From an uncultured Actinomycetota bacterium (GTDB lineage Bacteria > Actinomycetota > UBA4738 > HRBIN12), in assembly GCA_963737525.1 (NCBI GenBank), contig CAVTTD010000040.1, positions 11,337 to 75,336 on the forward strand: DNA of 64,000 nt, read 5' to 3'. Each line of letters opens with the position of its first letter. The stretch's first letter is position 1. The position numbers and the translations under genes are program-made. The notes below the pieces were generated by a model. The model saw nothing but the letters and a program-made list of their open reading frames with translations, was not told the DNA's origin and did not search any database. Below, in pieces: positions 20,050 through 28,670 of the stretch.

Positions 20050-20457
20050 ATGACAACGATCCTGGTGGGAACCGACACCTCGGCGGCCGCGGATCTCGCG
20101 GTCGAGGACGCGGCCCGATTGGCCCGCGAGCGCGGCGCCGAGCTCCTGGTGCTGTACGTGAAGCAGGAGCGAGACATCCGGGCGGTCGTGGACCCGGACC
20201 GCGCGGCAGACCCGAGGGCGCACCTGCAGCGGCTCGCCGCACGCTTCCCCGGGACCTCGATCACGACCCGGATCGAGGACGGGGACGCCGCGACTCTGAT
20301 CTGTGATGTCGCCGAGGAGGTTCGCGCCGACACCATCGTGCTCGGGAATCGAGGTACCCAGGGATCCCGATGGCACGTCCGCGAGAGCGTTCCCAACCTC
20401 GTGCTCCGGCACGCTCCCTGCAGCGTCTACATCGTCGACACGCGGAAGGCGCAGTAG
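20050..20457 (+). CDS. Universal stress protein (single USP domain)
   Basis: ILVGTDTSAAA..., IVLGNRGTQG..., APCSVYIV. GAAGGAGG RBS 8 nt upstream of ATG 20050. Confidence 0.85.
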   Translation: MTTILVGTDTSAAADLAVEDAARLARERGAELLVLYVKQERDIRAVVDPDRAADPRAHLQRLAARFPGTSITTRIEDGDAATLICDVAEEVRADTIVLGNRGTQGSRWHVRESVPNLVLRHAPCSVYIVDTRKAQ

Positions 20458-20482
20458 CGTGCGACCTGGCCGGCGCTGGGCG

Positions 20483-21148
20483 CTAAGACTGATCGCGGAG
20501 GAACGCGAGCACCGCCATCACCCGGCGGTGCACATCGGGCTCCTCGGTCAGTCCGAGCTTGTGGAACAGCGAGTTGATGTGCTTCTCGACGGCACGTTCC
20601 GTGAGGAACAGCGACTTCGCGATCGCGGCGTTGTTCTGCCCCTGGGCCATGTGGCCGAGCACCTCGCGCTCCCGGTCGGTCAATCGAGCGAGCGGCGAAT
20701 GCGCGAGGTGCTCCTTGGCCGCGACGAGCGCCTCGACGATCTTCGGGTCGAGGACGCTCCCGCCGCGGGCCACCTCGGTCAGGGCCCGCACCAGCTCCTC
20801 GACGTCGGCCACTCGCTCTTTCAACAGGTAGCCGAGGCCGGCCGCGCCGTCCTTCAGCAGGTCGTAGGCGTACTCCTCCTCCGCGAACTGCGACAGCACC
20901 ACGACGCCGATGTCGGGATGGGACGCGCGGATCTGCTTCGCGCCCCGGATCCCCTCGTCGGTCCCGCTCGGCGGCATGCGGATGTCGGTGAGGACGGCGT
21001 CCGGCCCGTGTTCGTCGACGGCGGAGAGCAGCTCATCGAGGCTCGCCGCCATGCCGACGACCTCGATCTCGTCGGCGGTCGCGAGGAGAGCGGCGGTGCC
21101 TTCCCGCACGAGGTAGTTATCCTCGGCGAAGACCACCCGCAGCGGCAT
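20483..21148 (-). CDS. NarL/LuxR-family response regulator
   Basis: Receiver (VVFAEDNYLVREG, VLTDIRMPPS, VVVLSQFAEEEYA) plus LuxR HTH (LTDREREVLGHMAQGQNNAAIAKSLFLTERAVEKHINSLFHKLG). ATG 21148 preferred over GTG 21163. Confidence 0.85.
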   Translation of the reverse strand: MPLRVVFAEDNYLVREGTAALLATADEIEVVGMAASLDELLSAVDEHGPDAVLTDIRMPPSGTDEGIRGAKQIRASHPDIGVVVLSQFAEEEYAYDLLKDGAAGLGYLLKERVADVEELVRALTEVARGGSVLDPKIVEALVAAKEHLAHSPLARLTDREREVLGHMAQGQNNAAIAKSLFLTERAVEKHINSLFHKLGLTEEPDVHRRVMAVLAFLRDQS

Positions 21149-21186
21149 GCGCGGATGGTACACGCGAGGAAGTTGGGGGCGGTTCA

Positions 21187-22473
21187 GTGACGATCAGGGT
21201 GGTGCTCGGGGAGGACAACGTCCTCGTCCGTGAGGGCGTGCGAGCGCTTCTGAACTCCTACGACGACATCGAGGTCGTCGGGGTCGCGGAGGACGCGCCG
21301 ACGCTCCTCGCGACGGCGGCGGAGCACAGCCCCGACGTCGTCGTGACCGACATCAAGATGCCGCCGTCCTTCCAGCTCGAGGGGATCGACTGCGCCCACG
21401 CGATCCGTGAGCGCCATCCGGAGACAGGTGTCGTGGTGCTGTCCGCGCACGACGACGAGGAGTACGCGATCGCCCTGCTCGGGAAGGGCCACAGCGGGCT
21501 CGCGTACCTCCTCAAGGACCGGATCGCGCAGGGCGACGAGCTCGCCCGCGCGATCAGGGAGGTGCGGAGCGGCGGGAGCGTCGTCGACCCCACGATCGCC
21601 GAGCGTCTCTCGGGGCGGGCCGAGTCCCAGGAAGAGGACCGCGTCGTGCTCGACATGATGGCTCAGGGTCTTGGCTACGAGGCGATGGCGGCCGCCCTGG
21701 GCACGACCCAAGAGGCGGTGGACGGGCGCGTGACGATGCTCTTCCGGCGGATGGCCGGTGACGACGGAGCCGGCACCGGCCTGCTGGGGGAGTTCAAGAA
21801 GCTGCACGCGGCGGTCGTCGAGCAGTCGGCGACCGCCACGTCCCTCAAGTCCTACGTGCCGTCGCAGTTCGTGGACGCGCTGGCTCGCGGCGGGGACGCC
21901 GCCAGCCAGCGCGAGCTCGAGGTGACCATCCTGTTCAGCGACATCCGCGGGTTCTCGACGATCGCGGAGCGACTCACGGCACGGGAGAGCGGCGAGATCA
22001 TCGGCCGTCACCTCGGCGCCATGGCCGAGGTGATCTCCGAGCACGGCGGCACGATCGACAAGTTCCAGGGCGACGCCGTGATGGCGGTCTTCGGTGCTCC
22101 GGAGCCATCCGAGGACCACGCGGAGCGGGCGCTTCGGTGCGCGCTCGCGATGCAGCATCGCCAGTGGGAGCTGAACGCGCAGGGATGGGGGACGGACGCC
22201 GTCGAGGCGCTCAACGTCGGGATCGGGCTGAACACCGGCGTCGTGATGGCCGGCGCGATCGGCGGCGGCGGGCGGCTCGAGTACACGGTGATCGGCGACG
22301 CGGTCAACGTCGCGCAGCGCCTGCAGTCCGAAGCCGGCGGCGGCGAGGTCGTCGCCGCGGCCTCGACCGTCTCGGCGGCGCCCTCGGTCGCCGCCGAGCC
22401 GATCGGCCCGCGTCTCGTGAAAGGGCGCGAGGAGCCCGTGGACGTGTACCGCATCCTCGGAGTCCCCGGATGA
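21187..22473 (+). CDS. Response regulator: NarL-type receiver + LuxR-like HTH remnant + class III adenylyl cyclase domain
   Basis: Receiver is paralogous to the divergent NarL gene (VVLGEDNVLVREG, VVTDIKMPPS, VVVLSAHDDEEYA, GLAYLLKDR, GGSVVDP). HTH-like DRVVLDMMAQGLGYEAMAAALGTTQEAVDGRV. Cyclase motifs VTILFSDIRGFST, KFQGDAVMAVFG, IGLNTGVVMAG, YTVIGDAVNVAQRLQ. Intact 428-aa ORF. Confidence 0.85.
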   Translation: MTIRVVLGEDNVLVREGVRALLNSYDDIEVVGVAEDAPTLLATAAEHSPDVVVTDIKMPPSFQLEGIDCAHAIRERHPETGVVVLSAHDDEEYAIALLGKGHSGLAYLLKDRIAQGDELARAIREVRSGGSVVDPTIAERLSGRAESQEEDRVVLDMMAQGLGYEAMAAALGTTQEAVDGRVTMLFRRMAGDDGAGTGLLGEFKKLHAAVVEQSATATSLKSYVPSQFVDALARGGDAASQRELEVTILFSDIRGFSTIAERLTARESGEIIGRHLGAMAEVISEHGGTIDKFQGDAVMAVFGAPEPSEDHAERALRCALAMQHRQWELNAQGWGTDAVEALNVGIGLNTGVVMAGAIGGGGRLEYTVIGDAVNVAQRLQSEAGGGEVVAAASTVSAAPSVAAEPIGPRLVKGREEPVDVYRILGVPG

Positions 22474-24525
22474 GCGACGCTTCGATCGACTCGCGACCGG
22501 CCCGCTGGCCCTGGTCGATCCTCGCCGGGTTCCTGATCACCGCCGGGATCGCCTCGATCTTCGTCGTCCGCAACGGCGAGTCGTTCGGCGAGCAGGTCCC
22601 CTACATCATCGCGTTCTCGATGTTCGGCGCCGTCGGCGCGCTGATCGTGAGCCGTGAATCGAGGAACCGGATCGGGTTGCTGCTGCTGTGGACCGCCGGC
22701 ATCACCGCCTTGTCCTTCGCGTCCCAGGAGATCGCCACCTACCTCATCCGGCGGGGGGACCACGGCTTCCTGGTCGGCGTCATCGCCATCTTCGGCAGCG
22801 CAGGGTGGCTCTTCGGGATCCTGCCGGCGATCTTCCTCCTCCCGATCCTGTTCCCCACCGGGAGGCCGCACTCACGGCGGTGGCGGCCGCTGCCGTGGAT
22901 CGTCCTCGGGATGCTCGGGTTCCTCGCGATCGGCGTGATCTTCGGGACCCGGATGCTCACCGACGCCAACGACGTGGCGCTGATGCGCAATCCGCTCTAC
23001 ATCCCGGCGCTCGGTGAGCTCGGTCCGATCTGGGACTTCGGCGGCTGGTTCCTCATCCTGCTGATCGCGTCCGGTGCGTCCCAGGTGATGCGGTTCGTGG
23101 CTTCCGAGGGGGTCGAGCGGCAGCAGATCAAGTGGTTCGCGTTCGCGATCATCGCCTTCGTCGCCTACCTGGTCGTCTCGGACCTGATGCACTTCTCCGG
23201 CCTCGCCGAGTCGATCGCGAGCGGCATCTCGTTCATGTTGTTGCCGGTCGCGATCGGGGTCTCGGTCCTGCAGTACCGCCTCTGGGATCTCGACGTCGTC
23301 GTGAAGAAGGCCGTCGTGGCCGGCGTGCTGGTCGTCCTCGCGCTCGCGGTGTACGCCGGGGCCGTCGCGCTCGTCGGCGTCCTCGCCTCGGACCGAGAGT
23401 CGACGGTGACGCTGTTCCTCGTCGCGCTCGCGCTCGGCGATCGCGTTCCGGCCCGTGATGCGGGTGGCTCGGCGCGTCGTGGACCGGCTCGTCTACGGGG
23501 AGCGGGCGACCCCGTACGAGGTGTTGACGGAGTTCTCGGAGCGGGTGGGGACCTCCTACGCGACGGAGGACGTCCTCCCGCGGATGGCCCAGGTCCTCGG
23601 GGAGGGGTCCGGAGCCGAGGTGGCGCGCGTGTGGCTCCGGTCGAGCCGCCGCCTCCTCCAGGCGGCCGTGTGGCCGGCCGATGCGACGACCCACGATCCG
23701 ATCCCGGTGTCCGAAGACGCCGTGCTCGGTCCTTCGGGAGAAACGACCGTCGAAGTGCGTGACCGCGGCGAGCTGCTCGGGGCACTGTCCGTCCGGATGT
23801 CCGCCTCCGACCCGATGAACCCCGCGAAGGAGAAGCTGGTCCGCGACCTCGCGGCGCAAGCGGGCCTCGTCCTGCGGAACGTCCGGCTCGTCGAGGATCT
23901 CCGTGCGTCGCGCCAGCGTCTGGTCGCCGCCCAGGACGAGGAGCGGCGTCGCTTGGAGCGCAACATCCACGACGGCGCCCAACAGCAGCTCGTCGCGCTC
24001 GCGGTCAAGGCGCGGCTCGCACGGCAACTCACGGAGCGCGACCCCGCCAAGACCGCCGAGATGCTGATCCAGATCGAAGCCGAGACCCAGACCGCGCTCG
24101 AGGACCTGCGGGATCTCGCCCGAGGGATCTACCCGCCGCTGCTCGCCGATCGGGGTCTCGTCGCCGCCCTGGAGGCGCAGTCGCGGAAGGCGTCCGTGCC
24201 CGTGAGCGTCGAGTCGGACGCCGTGGGCCGCTACTCGGCCGACGTGGAGGCCACCGTCTACTTCTGCACCCTCGAGGCCCTGCAGAACGTCGCCAAGTAC
24301 GCCGACGCGGACGGCACCGTGATCCGTCTGTTGCAATCGAACGGCAGCCTCTCGTTCGAGGTCGTCGACGAGGGCCGAGGCTTCGACCCGGATGCGGTCG
24401 CCACCGGGACCGGTCTCCAGGGGATGGCCGACAGGCTGGCCGCCGTGGGAGGCTCTCTCGAGATCCGGTCGGCGCCCGGCCGAGGCACCACGGTCGCCGG
24501 ACGCGTACCGGTCACCGCCGCCTGA
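22470..24525 (+). pseudogene. Membrane sensor histidine kinase, paralog 3; one frame switch near 23440
   Basis: ATGA overlap with the upstream cyclase-RR. TM domain in ORF 22137..23762 from MSDASIDS (FPTGRPHSRRWR, YRLWDLDVVVKK). GAF/HisKA_3/HATPase in ORF 23455..24525 (YGERATPYEVLTEFSERVGTSYATEDVLPRMAQ, ERNIHDGAQQQLVAL, YFCTLEALQNVAKY). Confidence 0.8.
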
Positions 24526-24548
24526 TCTCGGAAGGAACGATCGAGGAG

Positions 24549-25313
24549 ATGGGATCCACCTACGCACCGGGCGTGTCTCAGGGGCGGCTGGCCTTCCGCC
24601 TCGTCGGCTGGATCCTCGGAGTGCTCACGATCGGCTACTCACTGTTCCTCGTCGTGCTCTCGATCGTGTCCAGCGACCCCACGAACACGATCCACCGTTT
24701 CCACTTCCTGTCGGGCCTCGCCGGCGGGGGACTGATCGGCGTGTTCTCGATCGTCCTGGTGATGCGGCCGGGCTGGACGTCCGCCTTCCACGTCCTCGTC
24801 GCCCAGGCGATCGCGTGGACGATCGGCGGGTTGATGGGTGGTGATCTCCTCACCGGCTTCTACGTCACCGGACCGATCGGGGTGATCGTCTTGCTGCTGC
24901 TGCACCCCGACCCCCGCTCGCTCCTCCGGTTTCCCGGCCGACCGAGCATCGCGTTGATGATCTATGCCGTGCTCGCGACGATGCCGGCCTGGATCTACGC
25001 GGTGACCGAAGCGGAGCTCCAGCACGGACCGGCCGCGGACCCGCATGTCCAGATGCACCACTGGTCGGGTGTCGCCGTGGCCGCGCTCTCGATCGCGGGC
25101 GCCGGGATCGCGACGTCTCTGCGCGGTCTCGGCTGGGAGTTCGCGAGCGGGGCGACGTCGATCGCGGCGGTCCTCTTCGGCGTGGCCGGCCTCGCGTTCG
25201 CCGAGTACGCGGGCGCGCCGCCGAGGGGATGGTCGTGGCTCGCGGTCGCCGCGGGGGTCGGATTCTGGCTCCTCGCCCGTATCGAGGCGGCCAGGGAGGC
25301 ATCCACCCGGTGA
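24549..25313 (+). CDS. Polytopic membrane protein, unknown function
   Basis: 254-aa ORF with about 7-8 hydrophobic spans, 23 nt after the HK3 stop. I recognise no family. Confidence 0.55.
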   Translation: MGSTYAPGVSQGRLAFRLVGWILGVLTIGYSLFLVVLSIVSSDPTNTIHRFHFLSGLAGGGLIGVFSIVLVMRPGWTSAFHVLVAQAIAWTIGGLMGGDLLTGFYVTGPIGVIVLLLLHPDPRSLLRFPGRPSIALMIYAVLATMPAWIYAVTEAELQHGPAADPHVQMHHWSGVAVAALSIAGAGIATSLRGLGWEFASGATSIAAVLFGVAGLAFAEYAGAPPRGWSWLAVAAGVGFWLLARIEAAREASTR

Positions 25314-25480
25314 GGTCGCAGGGCCGTTCCCCGTTCCGCCGTTTCGAACGGTGGCTCGTCGGTACCTTCATGGCCGTGCTCGTGTTCGTGCTGGAGCGAC
25401 TCGTGATGCGTCAGATCAAGAAGAAGGAGCGGGCGCGCTCGGAGTCGACGACCGCGGCGGTCACGGTGGGAGAGGAGTAG
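25311..25480 (+). CDS. Small hypothetical protein with one hydrophobic helix and a basic tail
   Basis: GTG 25311 overlaps the upstream stop (GTGA). WLVGTFMAVLVFVLERLVMRQIKKKER. Supported only by position in the gene array. Confidence 0.3.
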
Positions 25481-25483
25481 TCC

Positions 25484-26281
25484 GTGCATCGATGGTGGGT
25501 GTTCCTTCACGTCGTCGGGGTCTTCGGCTTCCTGATGGCGCACGGCGTGTCGGCCTACGTCACGCTCCGACTTCCGAAGGAGCGCGACCCCGCGCGTATC
25601 AGCCACCTGCTCGAGCTCTCTGCGTCCTCCGTCGGCTTCATGTGGAACTCGATCGGCCTGCTCCTCGTGGGAGGCATCCTCGCCGGCTTCACGGGTCACT
25701 TCTGGGGGCAGGCGTGGATCTGGGCGGCGATCGTCGTCCTCGTCGCCGTCGTGGCCGCGATGTATGCCATGGGGACGACGTGGGCCGCGCGGCTGCGGAC
25801 GATCTCGGGCGCGATGGCAGGGGGCACCGAGGCGGTCTCCGAGGAGCAGTTCGAGGAGATCCTCGGTTCGAAGCGCCCGTACTCGATCGCGGCGATCGGG
25901 TTCGCCGGATTGCTCGTGATCCTCTGGCTGATGATCTTCAAACCGACGCTCGGGTTCGGTGGGACGGAAGCCGGATGTCCCGTTTCGCCCGGTGCCTCCG
26001 TGACGGTCTGCGCGTTCGACGACCAGGGCTTCTCGAGCGATCGGCTGACCGCGCCGGCGGGCGAGGCGTTCGGGCTGGTCTTCGACAACGAAGACGATGG
26101 CGTGCCGCACAACGTGGCGATCTACACGGACGACTCCGCGGCGGAGTCGCTGTTCGTCGGCGACCTCGTCGACGGGCCCAAGACCGTGACCTACGACGTG
26201 CCGGCCCTCGATCCCGGCTCGTACTACTTCCGATGTGACGTCCATCCGCAGATGAACGGCACCCTGGAGGCGGCGGCCTAG
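25484..26281 (+). CDS. Membrane-anchored cupredoxin (4-TM N-domain + type-1 copper domain)
   Basis: N-terminal hydrophobic domain (WWVFLHVVGVFGFLMAHG...). C-terminal plastocyanin/azurin-like domain with ligand pattern VPHNVAI ... YYFRCDVHPQMNG (His, Cys-x2-His-x2-Met). Confidence 0.75.
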   Translation: MHRWWVFLHVVGVFGFLMAHGVSAYVTLRLPKERDPARISHLLELSASSVGFMWNSIGLLLVGGILAGFTGHFWGQAWIWAAIVVLVAVVAAMYAMGTTWAARLRTISGAMAGGTEAVSEEQFEEILGSKRPYSIAAIGFAGLLVILWLMIFKPTLGFGGTEAGCPVSPGASVTVCAFDDQGFSSDRLTAPAGEAFGLVFDNEDDGVPHNVAIYTDDSAAESLFVGDLVDGPKTVTYDVPALDPGSYYFRCDVHPQMNGTLEAAA

Positions 26282-27568
26282 ATGTCCTACCGAACGATCG
26301 TCGTCGGCACCGATGGCTCGCCCACCGCGACGGTGGCCGTCGAGGTTGCGCAGAAGCTCGCGAAACGTCTCCACGGCAAGCTCGTGCTCGTCGGCGCGCT
26401 CGACGCCTACGGCGTCACCCGGCAGCCCCTGCAGACCGCTCTCTACGAGGCCTCGGAGGCCGCGCGGGCGAAGAAGGTCGATGCGATCGCGGAGCTGATC
26501 GAGGGGACGCCGGGAGAATCGATCCTCGCGGCCGCCCTCAAGCACGACGCCGACCTGATCGTCGTCGGCAACCGCGGCATGGGCCAGGCGACCCGGTTCC
26601 GGCTCGGGAGCGTGCCCGACTGGATCGCGCACGACGCGCCCTGCGATCTCCTGATCGTCGACACGACCGGCCGCGCCGGCCCACGGGAGCCCGCTCCGCC
26701 CTACTCGCGGATCCTGGCGGGGACGGACGGCTCGGGGACGGCGACCGAAGCCGTCCGCAAGGCCTACACGCTCGCCTCGGTGTACGCGGGGACCGTCACG
26801 CTCGTGCATGTGGGCGATCCTCTGATCGGCGCCATCAAGCTCGAGGAGGTCGCGTCGACCCGGCCGGAGGACGTCGAGGTCCAGAAGCGAACCGTCGAGG
26901 GAGACCCCGCTCAGCGCATCTGTGAGCTGGCCGAAGCCGAAGCCGTGCAACTCGTCGTGGTGGGGAACAAGGGGATGTCGGGTGTCCGGCGGTTCCTGGG
27001 ATCCGTGCCCAACAAGGTCGCGCACGAAGTGCCCTCGGACGTCCTGATCGTGAAGACGGTGGATCGTTCGGTCGAGGACCTCGTCGCCGGACACGGGGGG
27101 TTGGTGAACGTCGACGGGCGGCAGCTGGCCGTGTACCGCGACGAGAACGGGCAGACGTACGAGCTCACACCTCGCTGCACCCACATGGGGTGCACGATCG
27201 ATTGGAACGACACGGCCAAGACCTGGGACTGCCCGTGCCACGGATCGAGGTTCGCCGTCGACGGATCGGTCGTGCGCGGCCCTGCCGCCGAAGCACTCGA
27301 ACGGTTGGGAGGTACGGCTCCCGCCGGAGAACGAGCGCCGGATGCCGAGGGAGCTCCGACGCCGACACCGACGCCGTCCGCCGGTCGCGGCGCATCGCGG
27401 GGGCGCCGGGAAGGAGCGGTACGTCGTGGTGGGCGCGAGCCTCGCGGGTGCCACGGCCGCCGCGACCCTGCGCGAGGAAGGATTCGACGGCGAGGTGGTT
27501 CTGATCGGCGCGGAGCCTTCGTTCCCGTACGAGCGGCCACCCCTCTCCAAGACGTTCCTCCGAGGTGA
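26282..27568 (+). CDS. Tandem USP domains fused to a Rieske [2Fe-2S] domain (3' end uncertain)
   Basis: USP1 IVVGTDGSPTA...VVGNRGMGQATRFRLGSV. USP2 ILAGTDGSGTA...VVGNKGMSGVRRFLGSV. Rieske CTHMGC...CPCHGSRF. Recognisable sequence ends near 27305; the remaining 80 aa of the ORF are low-complexity and overlap the reductase gene. Confidence 0.75.
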   Translation: MSYRTIVVGTDGSPTATVAVEVAQKLAKRLHGKLVLVGALDAYGVTRQPLQTALYEASEAARAKKVDAIAELIEGTPGESILAAALKHDADLIVVGNRGMGQATRFRLGSVPDWIAHDAPCDLLIVDTTGRAGPREPAPPYSRILAGTDGSGTATEAVRKAYTLASVYAGTVTLVHVGDPLIGAIKLEEVASTRPEDVEVQKRTVEGDPAQRICELAEAEAVQLVVVGNKGMSGVRRFLGSVPNKVAHEVPSDVLIVKTVDRSVEDLVAGHGGLVNVDGRQLAVYRDENGQTYELTPRCTHMGCTIDWNDTAKTWDCPCHGSRFAVDGSVVRGPAAEALERLGGTAPAGERAPDAEGAPTPTPTPSAGRGASRGRREGAVRRGGREPRGCHGRRDPARGRIRRRGGSDRRGAFVPVRAATPLQDVPPR

Positions 27569-28622
27569 GTCGACGATGCAGGAGGCGATGGTCCGGCCGG
27601 AGGCCTTCTACGCCGACAACCGCATCGAGACCCGGTTCGGCACGACGGTGGTCGGCGTGGACGCGACCGAGAAGACGCTCGCGGTCGCCGGCGGTGACGC
27701 CGTGTCCTTCGACAAGCTCTTGATCGCGACCGGCGCGCGCAACCGCCGCTTCCCGATCCCGGGGATCGATCTCGAAGGAGTGCTCGACCTCCGGACCCTG
27801 GGCGATGCCGCGAGGATCCGAGCCGAGATGGTGCCGGGCCGCCGGGTCGTGCTGGCCGGGATGGGATTCATCGGGTCCGAGGTGGCGGCGTCGCTCCGGC
27901 AGCGGGGCCTCGAGGTCCACGTCGTCGCGGGCGGGAAGGCTCCGTTGGATCGGGTCTTGGGCGAGGACGTGGGTCGCGTCATCGAGGGGATCCACCGCGA
28001 CCACGGCGTCGAGATGACGTTCGACGATCAGGTCGCCGGCTTCGAGGGGAACGGGCGCGTCCGGACGGTGAAGTCCGCGAGCGGTCTCAGCCTGCCGTGC
28101 GACTTCGTCGTGCTCGGCCTCGGCGTGGAGCCCGTCGCAGGGTTCTGCGACGGGTCGGGGATCGACGTGGACGACGGCATCACGGTCGACGAGTACTGCC
28201 GGACGAGCGTCGCCGGCGTCTTCGCCGCCGGCGACGTCGCCAATCACTACCACCCCGTGTTCGGTCGGCGGATCCGGATCGAGCACTGGAACAACGCGCT
28301 GGCCCAGGGACGTGTCGCGGCCCTCAACATGCTGGGCCGCGACACGCCCTACGACGAGATCCACTGGTTCTGGTCGGACCAGTACGAGCACACGATCCAA
28401 TACGCCGGCTACCACCGCGAATGGGACGACCTCGTGATCCGCGGGAGCCTCGAGTCGCGGAGCTTCGCGGCGTTCTACCTGCTCGAGGGCCGGGTCCAGG
28501 CGGTGGTCTCCGTCGATCGTCCCGCCGACGTCCAGGATGCGATGGGCATCATCCGAGCCGGCGGCATGGCCGACCCCGCGAAGCTCCGCGACGAGGCCGT
28601 CGAGCTCGCCTCACTAGGATGA
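27342..28622 (+). CDS. FAD-dependent NAD(P)H:ferredoxin reductase (putidaredoxin-reductase-like)
   Basis: YVVVGASLAGATAA (FAD GxGxxG), PYERPPLSK, LLIATGARNRRFPIPG, VVLAGMGFIGSEVAA (NAD fold), FAAGDVANH. The start could instead be GTG 27426 (AAGGAG 9 nt upstream), or the protein could be fused to the Rieske ORF. Confidence 0.8.
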   Translation: MPRELRRRHRRRPPVAAHRGGAGKERYVVVGASLAGATAAATLREEGFDGEVVLIGAEPSFPYERPPLSKTFLRGESTMQEAMVRPEAFYADNRIETRFGTTVVGVDATEKTLAVAGGDAVSFDKLLIATGARNRRFPIPGIDLEGVLDLRTLGDAARIRAEMVPGRRVVLAGMGFIGSEVAASLRQRGLEVHVVAGGKAPLDRVLGEDVGRVIEGIHRDHGVEMTFDDQVAGFEGNGRVRTVKSASGLSLPCDFVVLGLGVEPVAGFCDGSGIDVDDGITVDEYCRTSVAGVFAAGDVANHYHPVFGRRIRIEHWNNALAQGRVAALNMLGRDTPYDEIHWFWSDQYEHTIQYAGYHREWDDLVIRGSLESRSFAAFYLLEGRVQAVVSVDRPADVQDAMGIIRAGGMADPAKLRDEAVELASLG

Positions 28623-28670
28623 GCGGAGGCCGAGGAGGTGCGCCGGGATGATCATCGGCCGGGAGATGAG

